DNA of 64,000 bases from an uncultured candidate division Zixibacteria bacterium (lineage in GTDB: Bacteria; Zixibacteria; MSB-5A5; GN15; FEB-12), in NCBI GenBank assembly GCA_963664195.1, contig OY760907.1:1920001-1984000 (forward strand). The letters are read 5' to 3'. Below the pieces are notes generated by a model. It made no database searches. It had not been told where the DNA came from and worked only from the letters and a program-made list of their open reading frames with translations. Below are positions 18,614-28,743 of this stretch, piece by piece (position 1 is the first letter of the stretch; every line of letters starts with the position of its first letter). The position numbers and the translations under genes are program-made.

Positions 18614-20230
18614 CTATTTCAGCATCATCATCTTTTTCGTCTGCACCTGATCACCTGCCTTTACGCGGTAGAAATACACGCCCGATGATACCGGCTTGCC
18701 GGCGTCGTTTGTGCCGTTCCAAACCGCTGTGTGATCGCCTGCCGGTTTGGTGCCCTCAAATACGGTCGTTATCTTTTGCCCGAGGACGTTGAAGACCTCG
18801 ACAGACACGTCCGCCCGACTCGGCAGTGAGTAGCTAAACGAAGTGCTCGGATTGAACGGGTTCGGATAGTTCTGGGAGACTGCAAACCCGGCGGGGACCA
18901 CAGGTGATTGGGTTTCGCCTACATCGGTCGGTATCATCGAAGAGGCATTCAATATAGCTCGCAGGGCGGTCAGTGAAGTAAGCCGGTCTGTGTCCTGACC
19001 AACGGCCATCTTGATCACTATCTGCTGCGAGTCACCGGGATTGAAGTCGAGCGGACCGAAGGATACAAGCATCTTCTTTTCGGATGGCATTGTGTCAATA
19101 TCTCCGGTGCCGGTGACCGGATCTCCGGGGTAGTGGAAATGCGTCCCGTTGGCGGGCAGTGAGCTGTCCATTTCCATCCCCATCATGATGTTGTAGGTTT
19201 GCCAGGCGCTGTCCGGGTCGCGCGGGAACCCGCCGCCGCCGTAGATCTGGAACCCGGTCATGTTGAGATTTTCGTAGTCAGGCAATTCGTATCCGCAGAA
19301 CGATGCTGTGTCGCCCATTGAGGGTTCCACCGGCCCGGCCAACACTTTGGCGCCGATAGCGGGAGGGGTCACTCCGTAATTAGCAGTGCTGCCCGAGGAA
19401 TCATTGTTGTCACCGTTATAGCAGAAAATTACGTTGTCGAGCGTGTCGCAGCCGAAAACGTCATCTTCGGCGTTCCCGAGGTCGGTGTCCATCCAGAAGC
19501 TGACGTAGAAGTCGTCGATGTCATTGCCCCCCTTGTTGTACATCTTGTACATGACATAGACCACGGCTTCCTCACCCACGGCATCCGAGGACCACACGGT
19601 CTGATGAACCTCGACACCAAGCGGCGCCGTACTCCCGCCCGTGTTCACCACATGTTGGGCCGGGTTGGCGTCGTTGAACACGGACCACAGGGTTTGATCT
19701 CCCATTGAGAGCGGAAGGCCGTCGCGGTCAACCGGAGCGCCGTCGGCAACGGGCCAATCGGTGTAGTCCTGATTGGGGTTGCCGGCCAGACTGTCGGCGT
19801 ACAGCTTATAGACGCGGTAAGACGACACCGTGTCGGCATCGGCGATGAAGGTTCCTCCGGCCATCGGACCCGGCCAGAATTCCTGTGCGAACTCGGCCAT
19901 GGCCACCCGGATTTCTCCACTGACCTTGCCCCCCATCCAAAGACCTGCGGCGTAGAGCGGCGAGTGAGCATTGGTGCCGTCGATTATGGCATCGGTGGTT
20001 GTGAACGGATAAAACGTGCCAACGTCATATCCGAAAACATCCGACAAATCGCGTCCGAGTGCTCCTGTGTTTGTCACGAACATGAGAATCGAGTTTGCGT
20101 CGACATAAGTCGCTTGGTCAACCGAGAGGGGTGCAGTCTCCCCGCCAACCCCCTTCTGGCCTGCCAGGACCGGCACTAAAGCCGCCAGCACCAACGTTAC
20201 GAGAACGATCGTTAGCTCTTTGTACTTCAT
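18614..20230 (-). CDS. Secreted protein with C-terminal FlgD-Ig / T9SS type A sorting-like domain
   Basis: Start MKYKEL after AGGAGA; signal peptide; C-terminal QNYPNPFNPST...VFNVLGQ...WNG...SSGVYFY...KKMMMLK. Confidence 0.8.
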   Translation of the reverse strand: MKYKELTIVLVTLVLAALVPVLAGQKGVGGETAPLSVDQATYVDANSILMFVTNTGALGRDLSDVFGYDVGTFYPFTTTDAIIDGTNAHSPLYAAGLWMGGKVSGEIRVAMAEFAQEFWPGPMAGGTFIADADTVSSYRVYKLYADSLAGNPNQDYTDWPVADGAPVDRDGLPLSMGDQTLWSVFNDANPAQHVVNTGGSTAPLGVEVHQTVWSSDAVGEEAVVYVMYKMYNKGGNDIDDFYVSFWMDTDLGNAEDDVFGCDTLDNVIFCYNGDNNDSSGSTANYGVTPPAIGAKVLAGPVEPSMGDTASFCGYELPDYENLNMTGFQIYGGGGFPRDPDSAWQTYNIMMGMEMDSSLPANGTHFHYPGDPVTGTGDIDTMPSEKKMLVSFGPLDFNPGDSQQIVIKMAVGQDTDRLTSLTALRAILNASSMIPTDVGETQSPVVPAGFAVSQNYPNPFNPSTSFSYSLPSRADVSVEVFNVLGQKITTVFEGTKPAGDHTAVWNGTNDAGKPVSSGVYFYRVKAGDQVQTKKMMMLK

Positions 20231-20403
20231 ACGCTGATCTCCTCTTCCTGAGTTCTGAACAGAGATAGTCAATGTTTAATATAGACGCACGGTGGTGATT
20301 CCTGTCAACTAATAAGCGGTACGGGAGAATCGGCCCAGAGGTTCATTTTGTCGCGGCCATCTTTCAGCTTGTCTCGACGGCTGTTTCGGGCGTTTATTGT
20401 CAC

Positions 20404-21051
20404 ATGATGACCCGTGCCTTATTTGGAATCCTAAACCTGTGTCTGACAGTTGCTTTCACGCTTGTTCCGGCGATTGCCTACGGCGGGCAGACCTGGGATG
20501 AGATGATCATCGTTCCGGAGGACGCCGCCCGGGCACAGAATGTTCGCGTCTGGTTGGCCCAGGAACAGGCTCAAAGCTGTACGCTGAAGGTCGAGATCGT
20601 CGATTCCACCGGCACGCCAATCCGTTTGTTGCTGGATAGGGAGATACGCCCCGGTTATTTCAACCTGTATTGGGACCGTCGCGATGACGCCGGTAACTTT
20701 GTGCCCACCGGACAATACGGCTATCGAGTCAACGACTGCGGTGGCAACCGAACCGGCATCCTCACGGTAGAGTACAAGAAATATGAGTTGACCAGCGTTC
20801 TGTATGTGGACAAACTCGCCGATTCCAGCCTGATCGAAATCGCATTGGGCGAGGATTCGGTGACGGTGAGCCTTGAAATCCGGGATCGCCGTAACGATCG
20901 GTTGCTCACTGTTGTCACGGATACGGTCATGGCCGCCGGAATGCACCGTATGCCGGTTAGACCGATCAAGGCCCCGGCCCGAAGCTCGGTCAAATATGTC
21001 GTTCTCTATGTTGGTGAGTCGGCCATTCTCAAGGAGGTCACACTCGAATGA
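20404..21051 (+). CDS. Secreted protein with FlgD Ig-like domain
   Basis: Signal peptide; IVDSTGTPIRLL...WDRRDDAGNFVPTGQY pattern. Confidence 0.65.
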   Translation: MMTRALFGILNLCLTVAFTLVPAIAYGGQTWDEMIIVPEDAARAQNVRVWLAQEQAQSCTLKVEIVDSTGTPIRLLLDREIRPGYFNLYWDRRDDAGNFVPTGQYGYRVNDCGGNRTGILTVEYKKYELTSVLYVDKLADSSLIEIALGEDSVTVSLEIRDRRNDRLLTVVTDTVMAAGMHRMPVRPIKAPARSSVKYVVLYVGESAILKEVTLE

Positions 21052-21512
21052 CGGCACGTCACTCTTCATTGTTGCTTCTACTTGCCCTGGTTGCTGTTCT
21101 TACGGGTTGCGGCCGGTACTCAGGATCGGCAGTAGAGCAGTCGGACCAGCCACCGGCGGCAGTTGAAACCGTCTGGGTTGATCCGGAGATTGTCTTTTCG
21201 GATTCTCTGGTGACGCTGATTCGTTCGGATCGGGTCGATTCCATAGCCGCTGATCCTTCCGCGACGGCAAACCACCGATCCCCATCGGTCGAAGTATTCG
21301 TGTATGAGCCTGCCTGCAACGTCGCGGTGAGTATTCTCGACGCTGAACTTCGGCTCGTTCATCCGCTCATGATCCGAACCCTCAAGACCGGATTCTACAA
21401 GTTGACGGTGACCCCGCGAAGTTTCCGGCCGCTGCCGCTTCGTCCGGGCGAGTATTTCCTCCATGCCGATTACTGTGGCAGGACGAAATCAGTCCTTTTT
21501 CGGGTCGACTGA
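21048..21512 (+). CDS. Hypothetical lipoprotein
   Basis: Lipobox LTGC; ATGA overlap with the previous gene. Confidence 0.6.
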   Translation: MTARHSSLLLLLALVAVLTGCGRYSGSAVEQSDQPPAAVETVWVDPEIVFSDSLVTLIRSDRVDSIAADPSATANHRSPSVEVFVYEPACNVAVSILDAELRLVHPLMIRTLKTGFYKLTVTPRSFRPLPLRPGEYFLHADYCGRTKSVLFRVD

Positions 21513-21672
21513 TCCGGGTTAGTCTTCCTCATGCTCTCTCCTTCGGAGAGTTGTCTAATCTTTGCACAAGCTAATGCCTTATCCACAGCCGCGATCCGCC
21601 GATAATTAAGGGTAGTTCCCCATACGTAGATTCGGGGGAGTGGAAGGTGAATTTCGGCTCCGAGGAGTAAAA

Positions 21673-23043
21673 ATGCCCAATATTCTGGTTGTCGACGATA
21701 AAGACTCCATGCGCAACATGCTGTTCGAGACGCTCTCAGAGGAGGGCTATCGTGTTGACTCTGCCAACCACGGCCAGCAGGCACTCGATCTTGTCAAAAA
21801 CAAATCGTACGACCTCGTTCTGACAGATCTTCGGATGCCTGATGTCGACGGACTCCAGGTGTTGGAGCAAGTGAAGGAAGTCGATGCTGATACTTCTGTG
21901 ATCATTATGACCGCCTACGGTACTATCGAGGATGCGGTTGCGGCGATGAAACACGGGGCGTATGACTTTATCACCAAGCCGTTTGACACCGAGCACCTCT
22001 GTGTGCTGGTCGGACGGGCGCTGGAAAATCGACGGCTCCGCGCCGAAACGGATCTGCTTCGTTCGGAAATACTTGCCAATCACGCGATTGAAAATATCAT
22101 TGGTGTAGACCCAAAAATGAAAGAGCTGGGGCAAATGGTCCATAAGGTGGCCGGATCGGATGCCTCGGTGCTGCTTCAGGGAGAGTCCGGGACCGGTAAG
22201 GAACTGTTTGCCCGGGCGATTCACAACCTGTCGCCGCGTAAGGACGGACCCTATATCACCATCAACTGCGCCGCGATCCCCGGTGAACTCCTGGAAAACG
22301 AACTGTTTGGTTCGGAGAAGGGTGCCTACACCGGGGCGCACGCGCGTAAAATGGGGAAATTCGAAATCGCGAACAGCGGGACGATCTTTCTAGACGAAAT
22401 CGGTGATATGGAAATCCAGCTCCAGGCCAAATTACTCCGCGTACTTCAGCAGAAAACGTTCGAGCGGTTGGGCGGAACAAAGACGGTCGATGTTGACGTC
22501 CGAGTAATCGCTGCTACTAATATGGATTTGCCGGAGTTGATTCGCCAGAAGAATTTCCGTGAGGATTTGTACTATCGACTGTCAGTTTTTCCGCTGGTCA
22601 TCCCGCCGCTGAGGGAGAGGCCGGGCGATGTTCATCTGTTAGTGGACTGTTTCCTCGACAAGTATTGCCGCGAGATGAAAAAGCCGGCCAAGTCGCTCAC
22701 CAAGGACGCCCAGGGGATTATGGAAAAATACCATTGGCCGGGCAACGTGCGCGAACTTGAGAACACAATCGAACGCGCCGTAATTCTCGCCGAGGGCAAG
22801 AAAGTGACGCCGGAACATCTGGCGATACGCCTCAGACGCACCAACGAAATCCGACTTCGCGACGGTGCGGGATTGAAGGAGATCGGCGCTCATGCTCAGG
22901 CGCAGGCGGAGCGTGGGACGATCATACGGATTTTGAAAGAGGTCCGTGGGAACAAGCGGAAGTGTGCGAAGATATTGAAGATCGACTACACGACGTTGTT
23001 CGACAAGATCAAGAAGTACAGTATCGACAAGGACATTGCCTGA
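21673..23043 (+). CDS. Sigma54-dependent response regulator (NtrC/AtoC family)
   Basis: ATG at 21673 after GAGGAG. REC domain (ILVVDD, DLRMP, KPF), AAA+ GESGTGKE, GAYTGA, FLDEIG, WPGNVREL, Fis-type HTH. Confidence 0.9.
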   Translation: MPNILVVDDKDSMRNMLFETLSEEGYRVDSANHGQQALDLVKNKSYDLVLTDLRMPDVDGLQVLEQVKEVDADTSVIIMTAYGTIEDAVAAMKHGAYDFITKPFDTEHLCVLVGRALENRRLRAETDLLRSEILANHAIENIIGVDPKMKELGQMVHKVAGSDASVLLQGESGTGKELFARAIHNLSPRKDGPYITINCAAIPGELLENELFGSEKGAYTGAHARKMGKFEIANSGTIFLDEIGDMEIQLQAKLLRVLQQKTFERLGGTKTVDVDVRVIAATNMDLPELIRQKNFREDLYYRLSVFPLVIPPLRERPGDVHLLVDCFLDKYCREMKKPAKSLTKDAQGIMEKYHWPGNVRELENTIERAVILAEGKKVTPEHLAIRLRRTNEIRLRDGAGLKEIGAHAQAQAERGTIIRILKEVRGNKRKCAKILKIDYTTLFDKIKKYSIDKDIA

Positions 23044-23118
23044 TCTGAATAGCTAACGATTCGATCGAGAGTCGACGAAACGATAACAGCTCGCTATGAC
23101 CCAATAGCGCTGTATGCT

Positions 23119-23149
23119 GAAAACCCGCCTGAGAGGGCGGGTTTTTTTT
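23119..23149. terminator. Bidirectional intrinsic terminator
   Basis: AAAACCCGCC-TGAGAG-GGCGGGTTTTTTTT between convergent genes. Confidence 0.8.
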
Positions 23150-23355
23150 GTGGGTGGCTGCCTACTAGATCAATTGTCCAAGTTAGCGATGACAGACCCT
23201 GAGATTTCCTTGCCCTCTGGTTTAGCATGAAAAGTGACTTTGCGATAATGCCTGCAGGAGTAGCGGAGAAACTCATCTATCTGGTCAAGATCGATATCGC
23301 CCTTTTCCAGGTCTTCGGGGTGTATACTGATTATCAGCCTTTCGGCCACATCCAA

Positions 23356-24673
23356 GGGCATGTAAGTATTTTTGTGTAAGCGGCCATGATGTATATTGGA
23401 TTGAAGGAGGATACGCATGGCCAAGAAGCTCGACAATGCAGACAAGCTTATCGATGAAATGATCGCCGGGAAGACGCCCGAGGAGATAGTCGGCGAGGGC
23501 GGTCTTCTCGAAGCGCTTACGAAACGCGTCTACGAACGCGCCCTCGAAGGCGAGATGACGCACCATCTGGGCTACCCCCCCAAAGCCCCCGAGGGCCGCA
23601 ACAGCGGCAACTCCCGCAACGGCAAGACCACCAAGACAGTTAAGACCGGGGCCGAGGATGTGAACTTAGCGATTCCCCGGGACCGCAACGGCCAGTTCGA
23701 GCCACAGCTGGTCAAAAAGCATCAGCGTCGCCTGCCGGGTTTCGACGACAAGGTACTGGCGCTGTATGCTCGTGGGCTTTCGACCCGTGATATCCAGGGT
23801 CATCTTGAGGAGATGTACGGATCGGCCGTGTCGCCGGCGTTGATATCGGCGGTGACGGACGCAGTTTTGGAGGAGGTGACGGCGTGGCAGAACCGTCCGT
23901 TGGAGCCGGTGTATCCGATCGTGTACCTTGATGCCATCCACCTGAAGATGCGTCACAGCGGGCAGATCAAGAACCAGGCAGTGTATCTGGCTCTGGGGAT
24001 CAACCGTGAGGGCGGCAAGGAGTTACTGGGGTTGTGGGTCGGCGAGCACGAGGGGGCCAAGTTCTGGTTGAACGTGCTGACCCAGTTGAAGAACCGTGGG
24101 GTGCAGGACATCCTGATTGCCTGTGTGGACGGTCTGAGCGGTTTCCCCGACGCGATCGAGGCGGCCTATCCGAAGGCGCAGGTGCAGTTGTGCATCGTGC
24201 ACATGGTGCGCAACTCGCTGAAGTATGTCTCCTGGAAACAGCGCAAGGCGGTGGCCGCCGATCTCAAGAGTGTTTATTCGGCGCCCAACGTGGAGGCCGC
24301 CGAGGAGGCCCTGGCCGCGCTTGAGGCCCGGTATGAGGACAGCTTCCCGCAAATCGCGCGCTCGTGGCGATCCTGCTGGGTGAACATCATTCCGTTTTTT
24401 GACTATCCGCCGGCGATTCGGAAAGTTATCTATACGACTAATGCGATTGAATCGATGAACGCTCAGCTGCGGAAAGTTACGAGAAATCGCGGCTCGTTTC
24501 CGACCGCCGACTCGGTGAGGAAGGTGCTGTATTTGGCGATACAGAGAATCTCGATGAAGTGGAAACGACCGATCAAAGACTGGGTGGCGGCACTCAACCA
24601 CTTCAGCATCATGTTTGAGGGAAGAATCTGACAACCGTGAAAAGGCTGCTTACACAAAATTCTGTACAGACCC
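23356..24673 (+). mobile_element. IS256-family insertion sequence (1318 bp)
   Basis: Imperfect IRs GGGCATGTAAGTATTTTTGTGTAAGCGGCC and (reverse complement) GGGTCTGTACAGAATTTTGTGTAAGCAGCC. 8-bp direct repeat ACATCCAA at 23348-23355 and 24674-24681. Confidence 0.95.
23417..24631 (+). CDS. IS256-family (Mutator) DDE transposase
   Basis: RNG, IPRDRNG, LYARGLSTRDI, VYLDA, CVDGLSGF, QLCIVH, YTTNAIESMN motifs; AAGGAGG RBS. Confidence 0.95.
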   Translation: MAKKLDNADKLIDEMIAGKTPEEIVGEGGLLEALTKRVYERALEGEMTHHLGYPPKAPEGRNSGNSRNGKTTKTVKTGAEDVNLAIPRDRNGQFEPQLVKKHQRRLPGFDDKVLALYARGLSTRDIQGHLEEMYGSAVSPALISAVTDAVLEEVTAWQNRPLEPVYPIVYLDAIHLKMRHSGQIKNQAVYLALGINREGGKELLGLWVGEHEGAKFWLNVLTQLKNRGVQDILIACVDGLSGFPDAIEAAYPKAQVQLCIVHMVRNSLKYVSWKQRKAVAADLKSVYSAPNVEAAEEALAALEARYEDSFPQIARSWRSCWVNIIPFFDYPPAIRKVIYTTNAIESMNAQLRKVTRNRGSFPTADSVRKVLYLAIQRISMKWKRPIKDWVAALNHFSIMFEGRI

Positions 24674-25397
24674 ACATCCAACGTCTTGGAGGCTTCGATG
24701 TAGCTGTGGATGATTTCTCTTACTATCTTCGACCTGGTTAGATCGCTTATCCGGCCGTGCCCCGTTCCAATGAGAGGAACCGTGACCGCAGAGTTACGTC
24801 CCGATTCTTCTGCGATGTATACCCAGAGTTTCATTATGCTAAGCAAGACATCGTTAACCGCTGACTCTACTCTATTGTTATCCTTCTTCTTCGAGTTGAC
24901 CAGCAGGTAGAACAACTTATCTCTCTGTTCGATTTCGACGGTTGTGCCCATATCGTGCGCACCTGAGCAGTCTATCTTTCGAGATATGTCTCCTGCCAAG
25001 TGTTCGTCCTTGCCTGCGTAATACTGTGAGATCATTCTACTTAACAGGCTTCTTGACTTTTTGACATTACCCCCCATGGAAACATCAAATCGGTCATTGA
25101 CAGGAATCACCAGAGCACCATTGTTGTCAAATGCGTCCCCAACTCTTATTTCTACAAAACTGTCTTTGTCCCTCAGTTTATAGGAGAAGGCGGTCTTTGG
25201 CTTGTTCCTAAGAATTGCGATTAGGAAGATAATGCAAAGAGCAACGAGGAAGAATGCAATACTTTTGGTCAGCGAGTCTGTTTCGCCGTCAGTTGAATGG
25301 CTAGCTATCTCCACAAACAACCAGAACAGTCCCACTAGCGTGACGGTGTCACTCAAGATCGACTTGTAGTTACGCGCCCATCTCTTTAGCAGTGATT

Positions 25398-25901
25398 TCA
25401 TAGACCCAAGCTCTTGTAAACAGTGTCTTTGTAATAGAATGGTCCCGTCTTGTACTCCTTTCTATAGCTAGCGTCCGATGCTACCCAGTTATTGATAGCA
25501 TATTCCATGATCCTCTGGTTGAAGCTAATGTGCACGGCAAGTTCATCGGCTACTATTGGGGGACACAGGTTTGAATCCATGCTCCGCTTACCATTCAGAT
25601 TCACGACGACAATAGGTCTCTGCCTTGCTATTGCCTGTTCGATCTCCCAACGAACGAACTTGTAGAGGAACCTTGTGTTACTGCCTACGAGTAGCACAAA
25701 GACTTTCGTGCCTCTTAGTCTCTCTGATAGTTTGGCTTTAATCGTGTGCTCCGATGACCATGACATTAGATTGTTCAGGTCGTGTGCATCATAAAAGTTG
25801 AACGACGTGTTATCGTTCTTCTTCCACGCCTGCATGAGACGATAGTAATGAATGTCATTGTCTGCGTCGAAAGCCACATAGGTCTTGTTTGCATACACCA
25901 T
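25398..25901 (-). CDS. thsB: TIR-domain protein (MTH538/DUF1863-like; Thoeris ThsB)
   Basis: KTYVAFDAD, FNFYDAHD, VFVLLVGSNT, KFVRWEIEQA (catalytic Glu), PIVVVNL. ATGA overlap with the TM-macro gene; AT-richer than the flanks. Confidence 0.8.
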   Translation of the reverse strand: MVYANKTYVAFDADNDIHYYRLMQAWKKNDNTSFNFYDAHDLNNLMSWSSEHTIKAKLSERLRGTKVFVLLVGSNTRFLYKFVRWEIEQAIARQRPIVVVNLNGKRSMDSNLCPPIVADELAVHISFNQRIMEYAINNWVASDASYRKEYKTGPFYYKDTVYKSLGL

Positions 25902-26091
25902 TGTGCTCTGCTCTCTTCATATGATAGTCAGGTAAGCCCTTGGCCGTACGCAGGAACCCGTCGGCTTGCCGCGGGTTTCTACATGACGCTATCTTGCTAA
26001 GTAACGTTCCCCGTAACACCACAAAGAAGACTCAACTATCAACGACTGTCAAGTGTTTTTTGCGATGTGTGAGAAGCGAATCCGCAGCGCA

Positions 26092-26180
26092 CCCTTCGAC
26101 AGGCTCAGGGTGACGGATTCGTTCTGTCCCCAATCCCACCCTCCCCGGTGGCCCAGCCCGTGCCTCGGGTGGGGCCACCC
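26092..26180. repeat. Two REP-like palindromes beside the RAYT relic
   Basis: CCCT-TCGACAGGCTC-AGGG hairpin (~26092-26110) and GGTGGCCC...GGGCCACC (~26147-26179). Confidence 0.5.
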
Positions 26181-26193
26181 GTCCAACAACGCA

Positions 26194-26412
26194 CTACCGC
26201 GTCAATCCATCAATCTCCAGCACAATCCTTCCCTCGCCCCGATACCAGTTGTAGCTCGACCACGGCCAGTCCGAAGGATGTGCAGCCAATCCTCGTCGGG
26301 CCGGATTCTTGTGACAATACGCAATCTTCTGCAGCACATCTTCAGTCGTGCGGCAATTGTGATCGTAGCACCGTCTCTGCCACAGGGCACGGCGGCCGTT
26401 GGTCCCACGGGT
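26194..26412 (-). pseudogene. C-terminal fragment of a REP-associated tyrosine transposase (RAYT, Y1/IS200-like)
   Basis: Start-less frame not in the ORF track: ALWQRRCYDHNCRTTEDVLQKIAYCHKNPARRGLAAHPSDWPWSSYNWY...TR*. In-frame stops lie just upstream, so the HUH half is missing. Confidence 0.8.
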
Positions 26413-26457
26413 CTATGTCCCCTGCGATCACCGATGCGTCGTGCGGGTCGGTGCAAC

Positions 26458-28743
26458 TCAGTCCCTATCGAGGACCTCGCGGACTTTGGCGGTCAGAGCG
26501 AGCACGGTAAAGGGTTTCTGAAGGAAGGCAATTCCTTTCTCCAGTACGCCGCTTCGAGCTATCACGTCGTCGGTGTATCCCGACATATACAGCACTTTCG
26601 TGCCGGGGCGCTCCTTAATCACTCTTTCAAACAACTCTTTGCCGTTCATTTCGGGCATGATTACGTCGGTTAGCAGCAGCTGTATCGGCGTGTCATTAGA
26701 CGCCAGAATCGACATCGCCTTGACACCGTTCTCAGCTACGAGGATATTGTAGCCACTGCGCTTCAGGATACCCCGGGCAAGGTGACGCACCTGTTCATTG
26801 TCTTCCACCAACAGGATGGTTTCGGAGCCGCGCAGATCAGCGGATATCGAAGAGGGCGCGGGCATTTCGTCAACCTGTGACTCCTGGGAGGCGGGCAGGT
26901 AGATTTTGAATGTCGTTCCCTTGTCCGCCTCGCTGTACACCCAGATGTTTCCGCCGTGCTGTTTGACGATGCCGTAGACCGTCGCCAGTCCGAGGCCGGT
27001 GCCGTGTTCTCCCTTGGTGGAGAAGAACGGTTCAAACAGATGGTCTCGGGTTTCCTCATCCATGCCGAATCCGGTGTCGCTGACAGCGAGCATCACGTAG
27101 CGTCCGGATTGCACACCGGCGTGCGCCGCCGCATAGCCGTCGTCGAGATTGATCGGTGAGGTCTCGATTGTCAACCGACCGCCGCCGGGCATGGCGTCGG
27201 CGGCATTGACGGCCAGGTTCATGATAACCTGTTCGACCTGGCCGATGTCAGCCATAACCATAGGGATGCCGGGCGAGGTGACGATTTTGATCTCAATGTC
27301 TTCACGGATCGTTCGCCGCAGCAGTTTGTCAAACCCGGTCACTGCGTCGTTCATGTCCACCGGTCGATACTCCAGCATTTGTTTGCGACTGAAGGCCAGC
27401 AACTGACGTACCAGATCACGCGCCCGGAGTGCCGCACTCAGGATTTCGTCGACGGACTCCCGGCGATTGTCGTTGGAATCCAGGTCTTCAAGTAGTAGCT
27501 CGCCGTAGCCGAGAATGGGGGAGAGAAGATTGTTGAGGTCGTGCGCCACACCGCCGGCCAGACGACCGATCGACTCGACTTTCTGTGCCTGATGGTATTG
27601 TTCCTCAATACGGGCTTTCTCTTCTTCCGCCCGCTTGAGATCGGTGATCTCCAGGAACGTGCCCTCGATTCTCAGAGGCTCGCCGCGCTCGTCCCGGATC
27701 ATGCGGGCGTTAACCTGCACGACGATTTCCTCGCCGTTGACTCTGTGCGCATTGATCACGTAATGGCGAATTACTCCATGTTTGAGGAATTCCTCGAAAT
27801 AGGAGTGCCTGTCCGCTACATTCTGCCAGAAATCCGGCAGACTGATTCCAGTATGATCCTTGCCCGCATCCAGTCCCAGTATCCGTATGAATTCGTCATT
27901 ATAGTCAAGCAGAGTACCTTCCGGAGTGACGGAGTAGACTCCCTCAATGAGGTTCCTGATCATGCCGTGGTATTTTTCTTCGCTCGCGCGCAATGCTTCC
28001 TCGGCCTTACGACGCTCACCAATCTCCTTATTCAAATCGGACGTACGAGCTTCAATCTGGTCCAGCATGTTGTTGAAGCTGTCGTAGAGTATCCCGATTT
28101 CGTCCGAACCCGTTCTTCTGGTGCGAATGGAGTAGTCAGCCTCTTTTGAAATCCTCTCAGTTGTAGCTGCCAGCTTCAATATTGGTCGCGAGACGACCCG
28201 TTGCATTCCTACTGCGAGGAAGTAGGCAAGAATCATGACGCCGATACCAACGAGCATCAGCGCGAATAGCTGGTTGTTCAGGCTGGCAGAGAGTTCGCCT
28301 GCCGATACTCTGAGGTAAACCGTGCCTTTCTTTTCGTCGTTGAACTCTATAGTCCAAAAAACGTGAAGCCAATCACCTTCAAACATGGCAAACATATCGT
28401 CATCAGGAATCGGAGGGGCCGAAGCCTCCCCGATTCTGTTGTAGGCTGCAAACAAGTTTCCATCGGCATCGTAGACATAGCCATTGAACACAGTAGGGAT
28501 TGCGGCGAGTTTGGACAAATTGGCAGTAACCTCATCTGTGTATCCGAAGTCCAGCGGACTGATGCAATACTCGCCGATTAGTCTGGCTGTCATAATCGAG
28601 TCTGCGGCCAGGTGCTCTTTCAGCGAAGTATACTCGCGAATGGAATTCAGCGTAAAGCCAATGATGATAGACAACAGCACCACTGAGAGAATGATGAAAG
28701 TGAGTTTATTTCTGATTGAGATGTTGCGAAGGATGTTCATCAT
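26458..28743 (-). CDS. Hybrid sensor histidine kinase (periplasmic sensor-HAMP-PAS-HisKA-HATPase-REC)
   Basis: Two TMs, HAMP (DEIGILYDSFN), PAS, GGVAHDLNNLL, NLAVNAADAM, GTGLGL, REC (LLVEDN, DVIMP, KPF). Confidence 0.92.
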   Translation of the reverse strand: MMNILRNISIRNKLTFIILSVVLLSIIIGFTLNSIREYTSLKEHLAADSIMTARLIGEYCISPLDFGYTDEVTANLSKLAAIPTVFNGYVYDADGNLFAAYNRIGEASAPPIPDDDMFAMFEGDWLHVFWTIEFNDEKKGTVYLRVSAGELSASLNNQLFALMLVGIGVMILAYFLAVGMQRVVSRPILKLAATTERISKEADYSIRTRRTGSDEIGILYDSFNNMLDQIEARTSDLNKEIGERRKAEEALRASEEKYHGMIRNLIEGVYSVTPEGTLLDYNDEFIRILGLDAGKDHTGISLPDFWQNVADRHSYFEEFLKHGVIRHYVINAHRVNGEEIVVQVNARMIRDERGEPLRIEGTFLEITDLKRAEEEKARIEEQYHQAQKVESIGRLAGGVAHDLNNLLSPILGYGELLLEDLDSNDNRRESVDEILSAALRARDLVRQLLAFSRKQMLEYRPVDMNDAVTGFDKLLRRTIREDIEIKIVTSPGIPMVMADIGQVEQVIMNLAVNAADAMPGGGRLTIETSPINLDDGYAAAHAGVQSGRYVMLAVSDTGFGMDEETRDHLFEPFFSTKGEHGTGLGLATVYGIVKQHGGNIWVYSEADKGTTFKIYLPASQESQVDEMPAPSSISADLRGSETILLVEDNEQVRHLARGILKRSGYNILVAENGVKAMSILASNDTPIQLLLTDVIMPEMNGKELFERVIKERPGTKVLYMSGYTDDVIARSGVLEKGIAFLQKPFTVLALTAKVREVLDRD

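Larger units (their letters stand above)
23170..25401 (-). pseudogene. thsA: Thoeris ThsA-like effector (2 TM + macro domain) interrupted by IS256
   Basis: The 5' part (25401-24674) encodes two TM helices and a macro-like domain (IRVGDAF..LVIPVNDRFD..VPLIGTGHG). Removing the IS and one target duplication rejoins in frame to LDVAERLIISIHP...NLDN* (stop 23170), giving 906 nt / 301 aa. Confidence 0.75.

Noticed and set aside
24463..24673. C-terminus of the 312-aa ORF, and the N-terminus of ORF 23170-23445
   Set aside because: Both are read-through into IS256 sequence. The true gene is the rejoined TM-macro frame.
26053..26673. 206-aa plus-strand ORF
   Set aside because: Antisense to the kinase 3' end and the RAYT relic; no motifs.
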